Below, piece by piece: positions 17,171 to 25,283 of a DNA stretch of 29,685 nucleotides (positions are counted from its first letter, which is position 1; every line of letters starts with the position of its first letter). Location: positions 1-29,685 of IMG/VR virus record IMGVR_UViG_3300037461_000450; one strand, given 5' to 3'. Origin of the DNA: a virus (lineage: Duplodnaviria; Caudoviricetes). Under the pieces are notes generated by a model. That model was not told the origin of the DNA. It made no database searches and was given only the letters and a program-made list of their open reading frames with translations. A program made the position numbers and the translations under genes.

Positions 17171-17785
17171 ATGGCTACGAATAAAGTACAGGATGGCGAT
17201 GTCCTGCGATTGACCGTCGGGGCAGCCATTGATTCCGGCGATCATGTGTCCGTGGGGAATGCTCTCAGGGGCGTTGCCCTGACGGACTACGACAGCGGCG
17301 ACGGCAAAGCGTCGATTGAGATGGGCAGCGTCTATGATCTGTCCGTGACGGCCATCGACGACGCGGGCAATTCGGCGGTGGCGCTGGGCGACCGGCTCTA
17401 TACGGACGGCACCACGATCACCAAAAAGAAAAGCGGCAAGTTCTTCGGCGTTGCGCTGGAGGCGGTCAACACCGGCACGACCGGCACGATCAATGTCTAT
17501 GTCGGCCTGCCGACAGGCCCGGACAGAACGTCGCACACGGTGTTTGCGGCGGGCATCTACACGGTGGACGACAGCCCCCTTGCGGCAGCGGAGTTCATCC
17601 CCGTCACCGGCATCCTCTCGTCGGACGTTGTCCAGATCACGTTTTCCGTCAACGGCGGCAGCCCGAAGCTGGATATCGTGAGCGCTGTTGCGGCGGCGTC
17701 GCCCGCGGGGATCACCGTCACGGCAAGTGGAACCTTCAACGCCGGCGACAAGCTCAATTACACGGTCTTACGCGCCGCCCTCTAA
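17171..17785 (+). CDS. DUF2190-like capsid decoration/cement protein with extra C-terminal domain
   Basis: MATNKVQDGD..GVAL..G.VY..GD.LY..GVALEA N-terminal about 112 aa, then about 90 aa beta-rich extension; AGGAGG RBS. Confidence 0.8.
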   Translation: MATNKVQDGDVLRLTVGAAIDSGDHVSVGNALRGVALTDYDSGDGKASIEMGSVYDLSVTAIDDAGNSAVALGDRLYTDGTTITKKKSGKFFGVALEAVNTGTTGTINVYVGLPTGPDRTSHTVFAAGIYTVDDSPLAAAEFIPVTGILSSDVVQITFSVNGGSPKLDIVSAVAAASPAGITVTASGTFNAGDKLNYTVLRAAL

Positions 17786-17802
17786 ACCGTAGGCCTATCA
17801 AC

Positions 17803-17831
17803 CGGCAGGGGCGGGCAAGTCGCCCCTGCCG
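17803..17831 (+). other. GC-rich hairpin after decoration gene
   Basis: CGGCAGGGGCG / CGCCCCTGCCG 11-bp stem, no U tract. Confidence 0.7.
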
Positions 17832-17849
17832 ATCATCAAGGAGGTCGGC

Positions 17850-18179
17850 ATGTATAGAAACCACATATTAAAGGCCCTTAACAAGACCCAGGTGAACGGG
17901 GCGCAGACGCTGGGCAACAGGGGCTTTGAATATCTGCCATTCCATCAGATCCAGATCGAGGTTTCCGCGCAGCCGTCCGCCGGGACGCTGAAGATCGAGT
18001 ACCTGACGCCTGGCGCGACGGAATATATCGAAGTATCCGGGTCCCCGGTCGTTCTGACGGCGCTGAACAAGGCGGCGGCGTACCGCCTGGACAACGTCTT
18101 CGTCGAATCGTTCCGTTTCACGCCGACAAGCCTGGACTCCGACAAGACATACAGCGTGATCATCGCATCAAACGAGTGA
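17850..18179 (+). CDS. Hypothetical virion-associated beta-rich protein (109 aa)
   Basis: AAGGAGG RBS; position within head-neck genes. Confidence 0.75.
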   Translation: MYRNHILKALNKTQVNGAQTLGNRGFEYLPFHQIQIEVSAQPSAGTLKIEYLTPGATEYIEVSGSPVVLTALNKAAAYRLDNVFVESFRFTPTSLDSDKTYSVIIASNE

Positions 18180-18183
18180 GATC

Positions 18184-18333
18184 ATGAAAGACGATCCGAT
18201 CATCATCACGCCGGCGCTGAGGGAAATCATCATGACGCCGGCCGAGATCCGCGAGGCGGACGCGACGCCGATCCGCGACGAGCTGGGCGGGATCATCCTG
18301 GACGAGCAGGGCCTGCCGATATGTGAGGGTTAG
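18184..18333 (+). CDS. Small acidic protein, 49 aa (MKDDPIIITP...IRDELGGIILDEQGLPICEG)
   Basis: Fills the gap exactly; translated by hand; repeated DExG motif. Confidence 0.65.
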   Translation: MKDDPIIITPALREIIMTPAEIREADATPIRDELGGIILDEQGLPICEG

Positions 18334-18334
18334 C

Positions 18335-18643
18335 ATGGGACTTCGTGGAGTATTCGCCGCCGCCCTTCCCGGGATCTTCGACGCTGCCGGTGAGGATGCT
18401 GTTTATCATCCGCTCGCAGGACCCTCCGTCCCGTGCAAAATCTTTATTGATTTCAACGTCCAGCTTCAGGCCTCCGGCGCAGAGATGCAGATCTGGGAGC
18501 GCGGCACGATCATCGAGGCCCTGCTGTCCGAGGTTGGCGCCGAACCGGACGCAGGCTCGCATTTTGTTTATGACGGCACGTCCTATTGCGTGCGGGTGAT
18601 CACGGAGAATGACGGCCTCACGGTGAAGGTGGTGGTGACATGA
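18335..18643 (+). CDS. Head-tail joining (head closure, gpFII-like) protein
   Basis: About 102 aa; GEDAVYHP...G.HF..DG..Y.V...ENDG; synteny. Confidence 0.75.
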   Translation: MGLRGVFAAALPGIFDAAGEDAVYHPLAGPSVPCKIFIDFNVQLQASGAEMQIWERGTIIEALLSEVGAEPDAGSHFVYDGTSYCVRVITENDGLTVKVVVT

Positions 18644-19254
18644 GCAGAGCGTCTTTTTCAGTTCAAATTCCACCGGGGCAAATGGCCGAACTGCAGATGC
18701 TGTTCAGCCAGATCAAGGGCCTTCCGGAAAAAGTCTATTCGCGCGCCGTCAGGAAAACGCTGACCGGCGTCAAGACCGATGTATCGACTGCGATCCGGGA
18801 CGTCATCGCCATCAAGAAAAAGGATCTGGATCAGAACATCGTCATTGAACAGGCCAGGGACGGTAATGTCCTGACGGGCGGCGTGGTATCGACGAAGGGA
18901 GCCCTTGCGCCATTGAGCGTGCTCGGGGCGAAACAGACCACCGGCGGCGTAACGGCGAAGGTGTACCAGAAGGGCGACCGGGTCGCTTATCCGTCGGCAT
19001 TTGTTGCCACGATGAAGTCCGGCCACGTCGGCGTGTATCGCAGGGAATTCAGGAAAAAAGCGATCGGGCGTCCGGTCAAGGCGCCTTGGAAAAAGATCGA
19101 CCCGGTCCGGCTGCCCATTGAGCAAATGTACGGCCCGCGGATTACGACCGTTCTGGACAGCAGCCCGGTCATGAAGCCGCTGCTGGACAAGGTCGGAGAA
19201 CGCACGACGAAGGCCTTTGAGCAGGAAATCAATTACGAAATGAGCAAGCTATGA
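18640..19254 (+). CDS. Tail completion protein, gpZ-like
   Basis: Basic; SAFVATMKSGHVGVYRR and RLPIEQMYGP motifs. Confidence 0.8.
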   Translation: MSRASFSVQIPPGQMAELQMLFSQIKGLPEKVYSRAVRKTLTGVKTDVSTAIRDVIAIKKKDLDQNIVIEQARDGNVLTGGVVSTKGALAPLSVLGAKQTTGGVTAKVYQKGDRVAYPSAFVATMKSGHVGVYRREFRKKAIGRPVKAPWKKIDPVRLPIEQMYGPRITTVLDSSPVMKPLLDKVGERTTKAFEQEINYEMSKL

Positions 19255-19745
19255 CAACGATCAGAGAGCTCATCATCCTTGAAATGCTTGCACGGGCCGC
19301 CGTGATCGTCTCCACGGGCTCGCCGCAGGCGTATCAGACCGACATCGGGGCGGGCGTTTACCGGGCAACGGCAAAGCTGCCGCCCTCGGCGCTGCCCTGT
19401 TGCGTCATCTGGCCGAAGCCCGAAACCGTTGCGCAAGTGCACGGGATGAACCGTTGCGACATGAAGGTCCAGGTGGAGGGGCACGTGATGTTCGGCAGCA
19501 CGAATCCCTCCGTTGTCGGAGAAATGATCCTCGGGGATCTGATCAAGTGCTTCACGTCGCCCCTCTGGGACCGGCGGATTCTCGTCACGGCGTCCCCCCT
19601 GGTCTATGCGCAGCCCTATGCGGACACGATCCAGTATGAAAGCGGCGGCTATGAGACACCGGCGGACGGGGATTTGTCGGTTGCCGCTGTTGTCACGTTC
19701 AACGTCCGGTATTGGACAAAGATAGGTGATCCATGCAGCCGATAA
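19251..19745 (+). CDS. Tail terminator protein, gpU-like (putative)
   Basis: MTTIRELII, LPCCVIWP, terminal F.VRY.T..GDP; synteny after gpZ. Confidence 0.7.
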   Translation: MTTIRELIILEMLARAAVIVSTGSPQAYQTDIGAGVYRATAKLPPSALPCCVIWPKPETVAQVHGMNRCDMKVQVEGHVMFGSTNPSVVGEMILGDLIKCFTSPLWDRRILVTASPLVYAQPYADTIQYESGGYETPADGDLSVAAVVTFNVRYWTKIGDPCSR

Positions 19746-20275
19746 TGCTGATCATCGGCGCCGCCTCTTGCGGCCAGGAAGACATCCAAAGCGCGATCGA
19801 GATCATCCGCCACGCGGGCAGAGACTATGATGTCACGATCATCGGCATGGACGCGGCGGGGATGCACGTCATCCCATGTGAGTATGTTGCCACATACCAT
19901 CCGGCGGAAATACAGGACATCAGGACGCGCCGGGAGGCTATCGGGGGCAACCTGGATTATCGGCTGATATCGCACGAAGGCAAGCAGCCGGGTGTTGATA
20001 TCGTCGAGCCGCTGAATCCCGGCGACCGTTCCGGATCCTCGTCGCTGCTGGGCACGCTGGCGGCGTTAAAAATGGGATACGGCCGGATCATTTTGTGCGG
20101 CTGCCCGCTGATCGGGAAAAACGAGCATGGCGGATCATATGACAGCTTCCGGATCGGCTGGACCAACAAGCAGAAATATCTGAATGACCGGGTGCGCTCC
20201 ATGAGCGGCTGGACTAAAGAGCTGCTCGGCGCGCCCACAGACGAATGGCTTTTGGACGGATTGGATAATGGCTGA
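19733..20275 (+). CDS. Putative glycosyltransferase, Maf/sialyltransferase-like Rossmann fold
   Basis: LIIGAASC N-terminal strand-loop; SGSSSLLG..AALKMGYGRIILCGCPL resembles the SG..A..A..G..I.L.G.D motif. Confidence 0.5.
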   Translation: MQPIMLIIGAASCGQEDIQSAIEIIRHAGRDYDVTIIGMDAAGMHVIPCEYVATYHPAEIQDIRTRREAIGGNLDYRLISHEGKQPGVDIVEPLNPGDRSGSSSLLGTLAALKMGYGRIILCGCPLIGKNEHGGSYDSFRIGWTNKQKYLNDRVRSMSGWTKELLGAPTDEWLLDGLDNG

Positions 20276-20909
20276 CATCACGGTCTGCTGCACAAAATGG
20301 GGTGACAAGTTCGGCCCGGAATACGTCAACAACCTGTATTCGGGCGTCCGGCGCAACATCCACAGGCACAGCTTCGAGTTTGTCTGCTTTACGGAGCGGC
20401 CCGAAGGCGTAAGGTCCGAGGTGAGGACGGAACCGTTGCTGTGTGATTATCCCGGATTCTGGGCAAAGATCGGGATGTTCCGTCCGGGAATACCGGCAAT
20501 CAAAACAGACAGATTTCTGCATTTTGATCTTGCGTGCGTGATCGTCGGAGATCTGGACGAGGTGATTGACCTGGATACCGATTGGGCCGTTTGCCGGGAC
20601 TGGCCTCCGGAAATGAAGCCGGAAAATAACGCATACGCGGGAGGCGCATATTTGATGAGGGTCGGCGGACAGCCTCAGGTGTTTGAACGATTCACCGCGG
20701 CGGCCATGAAAACGCCGGACGGTGAGCAGGGCTGGGTGTGCTTGAACGCCCCCGGTGCGATGATTCTGCCCTATGACTGGAGCCCGTCATATAAATTGCG
20801 CCGGCTCCAGGCTGCGTGCCCGCCCGACGCAAAGTGGGTGATGTTCCACGGCGTCCCGAAGCCGCATCAGTGTGGTGGATGGGTGAAAGAGAAGTGGAGC
20901 GATTTATGA
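20268..20909 (+). CDS. Glycosyltransferase, GT-A fold (GT8-like phage type)
   Basis: CTKWGDKFGPEYVNNL, FVCFTE, FWAKI..F, FDLACVIVGDLD, FHGVPKPH. Confidence 0.8.
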   Translation: MADITVCCTKWGDKFGPEYVNNLYSGVRRNIHRHSFEFVCFTERPEGVRSEVRTEPLLCDYPGFWAKIGMFRPGIPAIKTDRFLHFDLACVIVGDLDEVIDLDTDWAVCRDWPPEMKPENNAYAGGAYLMRVGGQPQVFERFTAAAMKTPDGEQGWVCLNAPGAMILPYDWSPSYKLRRLQAACPPDAKWVMFHGVPKPHQCGGWVKEKWSDL

Positions 20910-21601
20910 AAAAGCTGGTCATTTTCGGCGCGGCCGGCTTTGCACAGGAAGTTTTATGGACAGTCAATGAGATGAACAAAATCGCGCTATTCGGCGCAGG
21001 CGGATTCGCAAAATCCGTGCTGTGGACAATCCAGGACGCTGAAATGTGGGAGGTCGTCGGCTTCATCGACGAGATCAACCCCGGACGGGAATACTGCGGA
21101 TATCCGGTCATGGCCCCTGACGACCCCCGTATCGAGGGGTGCTGCCTGGCCCATGGAGTAGGCGACGGACGGCTTAAAAAGCGAGTCGCAGCAGAATACG
21201 GCGCGCGGGGGTTCAGGTTTGCAAATATCATCCATCCATCTGTTATCGTCGGCCTTGATGCCGAGGTGGCAGGGGAAGGCAATGTCATCCAGGCGGGGAC
21301 CATCCTCGCCCCGCACAGCAGGGTCATGAACCACGTCACGCTGAATCTACGCGCCATTGTTGGGCACGACAGTATCGTTCACGACTACGCCACAATTTCA
21401 CCGCAGGGGGGATGCATGGGGAATTGCGTTGTCGGCGAGGGGGCGATGATAGGCGCCGGGGCGGTCGTCAGAGAAAAGATCCATGTGGGCGAATGGTCGG
21501 TCATCGGGATCAATGCCGCGGTCGTCAGGGACGTTCCGCATTATACGGTTGTCGGCGGCGTTCCGGCAAAACAATTAAGGCAGGTGAATCGGGATGTCTG
21601 A
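20906..21601 (+). CDS. Sugar N/O-acetyltransferase, NeuD/PglD family
   Basis: GAGGFA Rossmann motif, GFIDE, NIIHPS, VGHD, hexapeptide repeats, VVGGVPAK; ATGA-coupled start. Confidence 0.9.
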   Translation: MKKLVIFGAAGFAQEVLWTVNEMNKIALFGAGGFAKSVLWTIQDAEMWEVVGFIDEINPGREYCGYPVMAPDDPRIEGCCLAHGVGDGRLKKRVAAEYGARGFRFANIIHPSVIVGLDAEVAGEGNVIQAGTILAPHSRVMNHVTLNLRAIVGHDSIVHDYATISPQGGCMGNCVVGEGAMIGAGAVVREKIHVGEWSVIGINAAVVRDVPHYTVVGGVPAKQLRQVNRDV

Positions 21602-22382
21602 AATCATGGTGTCAATCTGCAGCCTGACCTATAACCACGAGAATTTCCTCCGTGACGCCATGGATGGTTTTCTTATGCAGCGGGTCAAATTCCCGGTTGA
21701 AATCATCATTCATGACGACGCATCGACCGACAGGACCCCGGCCATCATCAGGGAATACGCACAGAAGCATCCCGGCATCATCCGCCCCATATTCCAGGCG
21801 GAAAATCAATTCAGCAAGCGGGGCATTTATCCCATCGTTAATTGCTATCGTGCGGCCGCGGGCAAATATATTGCGACCTGCGACGGCGACGACTACTGGA
21901 CGGATCCCGAAAAACTCCAAAAGCAGGTCGATTTTCTTGAAGCCAACCCGGGATATTCATCCTGTTACCACGCCAGGGAAGTCGTCAGGGACGGGATCGT
22001 AAGGAGGTACAACGAGGATGCGCCGAGGGATTTCACGGCGGAGGATTTGATCGCCTACGATAACGTCAGGAACAGCAGAGAGTACGGTATTCATTCAGGA
22101 ACGAGGATGATGCGCAACCTCTATTCTGCCGAGACCGCAGACGAATTCGAGAAATACCGCCACTTTGATTATCTGGAGTCCGTCTATCTCGGCTTTTTCG
22201 GGGGGTGCAAGTTTTTGCCGGACATCAAGCCGACGATATACCGGAGGCATGCGGGCAATTCCTGGTCCGGGCATTCATGGACTCGCGCAAAAATGAAGGA
22301 CATTCAGATGCAGGCGGTGAAAATGGCAGAGGAAAAAGGCACGCCGGCGCATGTTGCAATCAGGAGGGCGATCTGTGGCTGA
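21594..22382 (+). CDS. Glycosyltransferase family 2
   Basis: VSICSLTYNHE, IIHDDASTD, GKYIATCDGDDYWTDPEKLQKQV, YRRH. Confidence 0.93.
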   Translation: MSEIMVSICSLTYNHENFLRDAMDGFLMQRVKFPVEIIIHDDASTDRTPAIIREYAQKHPGIIRPIFQAENQFSKRGIYPIVNCYRAAAGKYIATCDGDDYWTDPEKLQKQVDFLEANPGYSSCYHAREVVRDGIVRRYNEDAPRDFTAEDLIAYDNVRNSREYGIHSGTRMMRNLYSAETADEFEKYRHFDYLESVYLGFFGGCKFLPDIKPTIYRRHAGNSWSGHSWTRAKMKDIQMQAVKMAEEKGTPAHVAIRRAICG

Positions 22383-23001
22383 GGGTGTTTACAAGATCAC
22401 GGAAATATTCGAGGCCGAACTGTGCCGTTACACCGGCGCCCCCTACGCCGTTGCCGTGGACAACCAAAGCAACGCCATATTTCTGGCGCTCAAATACGAA
22501 GGGATCGAGGGCAGGGAAATCCTCATCCCGGCCCGGACATATCCCTCGGTGCCCTGTGAGATCATCCACGCGGGCGGGACCGTGAAGTTCGTCCCCTGGC
22601 CGGGCAACACGCTGAAGGGCGCCTATCCGCTGAAGGGATCCCGTACATGGGACAGCGCGCTCAGATTCACCTCGGGCATGTATTTGCCGGAGACGTTCAT
22701 GTGCCTGTCGTTCACCGGGCCGTACAAACATTTGAAGCTCGGAAAGGGCGGGGCGATCCTGACGGATGATTTCGAAGCATATCAATGGTTCAAGCGGGCG
22801 CGCTTTTCAGGCCGGCGCGAATGTTCATATCACGATGATACTTTCGACATGACCGGATGGAACTTTTACCTCCTGCCGGATATCGCGGCAAGGGGCGTTT
22901 TGTTGATGCGTCAGTTTTACGACATGCAGGGGCGCCCGATGCCAAATGGCGATCTGGAATTGCCCTACCCTGACCTGTCGAAGCATGAGGCGTACAGATG
23001 A
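22375..23001 (+). CDS. Compact DegT/DnrJ/EryC1/StrS-family PLP aminotransferase (208 aa)
   Basis: FEAEL..YTGAPYAVAVD, IPARTY, DSA, CLSFTGPYKHL..GKGGAILTDD, GWNF; AGGAGG RBS before GTG 22375. Confidence 0.85.
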   Translation: MAEGVYKITEIFEAELCRYTGAPYAVAVDNQSNAIFLALKYEGIEGREILIPARTYPSVPCEIIHAGGTVKFVPWPGNTLKGAYPLKGSRTWDSALRFTSGMYLPETFMCLSFTGPYKHLKLGKGGAILTDDFEAYQWFKRARFSGRRECSYHDDTFDMTGWNFYLLPDIAARGVLLMRQFYDMQGRPMPNGDLELPYPDLSKHEAYR

Positions 23002-23591
23002 ACTTTGAAGGATCTTTCAAGCTGGCGAAACAATACGGGGCACAGACGGAACCATGGGAAATGGCCGATCTGTATGACGCCATTCTGGCCACGCCCGCGG
23101 GGGATGTCCTGGAGGTTGGGTCTGCCTCCGGGGGCACCACCATCGTATTGTTTGCCGCGGCTGAACAGGTGCGGAAGCGAGTGTACGCCGTCGATCCCTA
23201 CCCGGTCGAACTTGAGGGCGTCGCGTCACACTATCTCGCGGGCAGCATGGCCCGGCTGCGGGAAAGTTTCAGGAGTAACATCTTGAAAAGATTTGATGTG
23301 ACGCATTTTCCTGTGACGCTGGAAGCAGCGATTGACCGGATCCCGCCGCTGTCCGTGGCCTTCATTGATTCCCTGCATGAGCTGGATCAGTGCCGGGCGG
23401 AATTTGATCTTGTTTACGGCAAGATGGTGCCGGGCGGGATGATCTTCGTTCATGATGTTGGCTGGGAGCTGGGGCAGTTGACGCGGAAAAAGGAAGGGGG
23501 TCTGCGCCACATGAGCCAGGTGGTGGCGGACGGCGGCTATAAGTGCCGGGGGATTAAAACAAACCGTAACATGCTCTGTGTGACGATATGA
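22998..23591 (+). CDS. Class I SAM-dependent methyltransferase (Methyltransf_24-like)
   Basis: VLEVGSASGGTT, YAVDPY, AFIDSLH, PGGMIFVHD. Confidence 0.88.
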   Translation: MNFEGSFKLAKQYGAQTEPWEMADLYDAILATPAGDVLEVGSASGGTTIVLFAAAEQVRKRVYAVDPYPVELEGVASHYLAGSMARLRESFRSNILKRFDVTHFPVTLEAAIDRIPPLSVAFIDSLHELDQCRAEFDLVYGKMVPGGMIFVHDVGWELGQLTRKKEGGLRHMSQVVADGGYKCRGIKTNRNMLCVTI

Positions 23592-24157
23592 CGACAGCGG
23601 AACTATACAATGAGCTGTGGGAAAAGGGCGACTATCGCAACGGCTCGACGTGCCTGCGGCTGGTGCCGTTTCTGAAAAAGCACATCCCGGGCGGCAGTGT
23701 GGTCAATGACTATGGCAGCGGAACGGGGAGAGCGGAGCCGCTTTTGCTGGAGTTTTACTCGAAGGTCAACATGGTTGACTTTGCGGAGGTTGCTCTGGAA
23801 ACGGAGGCAAGGGCGCTCATCGGCGATAGGCTGACCTACACGGTGGCTCCACTTGAAGCGCTGCCCGACGACTTCCCGGTCGCTGATTGGGGCATTTGCA
23901 TCAACGTCCTGATGGTGGTCGATCCCGAGAAGCTGGACGCCATCATGCGGGGGATGCGCAGGACGTGCAGAAACCTCATCATTGAGGTCTATGACGTTCC
24001 GGATGTGCGTCTGGGGAAGGACAGGACTCTCATAAAAGGCGATGCGGCATGGTGGGCTGGTGTCATGAGACGATACTGGCCCGAAGTGGAGTCAACACAA
24101 AGCCCTGAGCACATGCGCAGGTATATCACAATAGGCAAATCAAAGAAGGAGGATTAA
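23588..24157 (+). CDS. Class I SAM-dependent methyltransferase
   Basis: VNDYGSGTGRA motif I, MVDFA, DWGICINVL. Confidence 0.82.
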   Translation: MTTAELYNELWEKGDYRNGSTCLRLVPFLKKHIPGGSVVNDYGSGTGRAEPLLLEFYSKVNMVDFAEVALETEARALIGDRLTYTVAPLEALPDDFPVADWGICINVLMVVDPEKLDAIMRGMRRTCRNLIIEVYDVPDVRLGKDRTLIKGDAAWWAGVMRRYWPEVESTQSPEHMRRYITIGKSKKED

Positions 24158-24159
24158 CC

Positions 24160-25191
24160 ATGGCAACAGCAGAAAACGCTAAGATTCAGTATGAAAGTGG
24201 ACAGGACCTTGTGGCTTTTGTCGCCCTGACCGATCAGGGGGACCACAAGGATTTCAGAAGTGCGGACCCGTTGTGGTCAAACAGGGCGGGGTACCAGCCG
24301 GATGTCAAGCCGAACGGACTTGCGACGGGCGGTGCGGTGACGCCCGCGACATCCGCAACAAATGACTATGTCGACGTGGCGGCGCTGACCTGCTATCTGG
24401 CCGGCGACCTGACATCCGTCCTGGCGGCTGCAAACGAGGAGATCGACCGGCCTGCATCCTCTCCGGCCGGCCTGAAGAAAAAATCATCCATCACCATCAC
24501 GGCGGGCGGCGCTGTTGCGGTGGTGCCGGGAGCCGACGGGGCGTTATTCACCAACACCCGGGGCGCGGACGGAGGCCCTCCGTATATCCTGCCGGATTCG
24601 ATTGAGATCGCACAGGTCTGGCTGGACTCGCCGACCCCGGCGCCGATCACGGCGAACGAGATCAAGCAGGTGGTCGGGACGCACCGCGAGCGGTACGACT
24701 ATCCGACGTGGTCGCAGCAACGATACAACGTCGAAAACGGGCTTCTCGGAAACGCGGGAATCATGTTTGACGCGGCCCTGCCGCTGATCCACTCCGCGGC
24801 GTCGCCGGTATCTCCGGTGGCCAAAGCCGTCTATGCGGAGTATTACGAGCCGCAGTTCACGGACATCCAGAAGTCCGATAATTTTGTCCCGCCGGAGACC
24901 AGCCACAGCGTCAGCAGCAAGCAGATATACCGCATGACGCTCGGCTCATCGAGCGAATCGCTGAACCAGGGCAGCTTCACGGCCTACCTCGAAGACGGCA
25001 TTTCGGACGGCCTGCTGCTGCTGAAAAACCTCAATCTGTTTTTCAGGTTCTACCAGAACCCACTGAACAGCACGCCCTATATCCTCATGCAGGGCAAGCT
25101 GGGCATTTCGCGGGAGTTCCCGGCGGGCGATCAGATCTCGGCCGCCTGCACGATCAGCTCGGAAGTGGCAGCGGCGGAAGTCATCGGATAA
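24160..25191 (+). CDS. Major tail tube protein (putative) with inserted domain
   Basis: GGAGG RBS, acidic Ala/Thr/Ser-rich, lies before chaperone and tape measure. Confidence 0.7.
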   Translation: MATAENAKIQYESGQDLVAFVALTDQGDHKDFRSADPLWSNRAGYQPDVKPNGLATGGAVTPATSATNDYVDVAALTCYLAGDLTSVLAAANEEIDRPASSPAGLKKKSSITITAGGAVAVVPGADGALFTNTRGADGGPPYILPDSIEIAQVWLDSPTPAPITANEIKQVVGTHRERYDYPTWSQQRYNVENGLLGNAGIMFDAALPLIHSAASPVSPVAKAVYAEYYEPQFTDIQKSDNFVPPETSHSVSSKQIYRMTLGSSSESLNQGSFTAYLEDGISDGLLLLKNLNLFFRFYQNPLNSTPYILMQGKLGISREFPAGDQISAACTISSEVAAAEVIG

Positions 25192-25195
25192 GCGG

Positions 25196-25267
25196 ACAGG
25201 GGTAGCTCAGAGGCGAGAGCCCGCCGATGGTATGGCGGCGACGGCGGTTGAAATCCGCCCCCCTGTG
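25196..25267 (+). ncRNA. tRNA-like cloverleaf, 72 nt, non-canonical anticodon loop
   Basis: ACAGGGG/CCCCTGT; TA; GCTC-AGAGGCGA-GAGC; C; CGCCG-ATGGTA-TGGCG; GCGAC; GGCGG-TTGAAAT-CCGCC; no CCA. Confidence 0.8.
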
Positions 25268-25283
25268 AAAGGAGGAAGGCACT

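Noticed and set aside
20816-20905. Upstream extension of the acetyltransferase ORF
   Set aside because: Overlaps the previous gene; the ATGA-coupled ATG at 20906 matches the family N-terminus
19733-24157. O-antigen/serotype conversion or DNA hypermodification as the primary reading
   Set aside because: No membrane components seen, no base-hydroxymethylase-type gene in the window, and genes are coupled into the late tail operon; not formally excluded
25196-25203. Complementarity between the tRNA-like 5' end (ACAGGGGT) and the repeat core ACCCCTGT at 13115-13144
   Set aside because: Only 8 nt, and sequestered in the acceptor stem; chance is plausible
25196-25267. Functional decoding tRNA
   Set aside because: 6-nt anticodon loop, G at position 56 and no CCA; no anticodon can be assigned with confidence, so it is reported as tRNA-like
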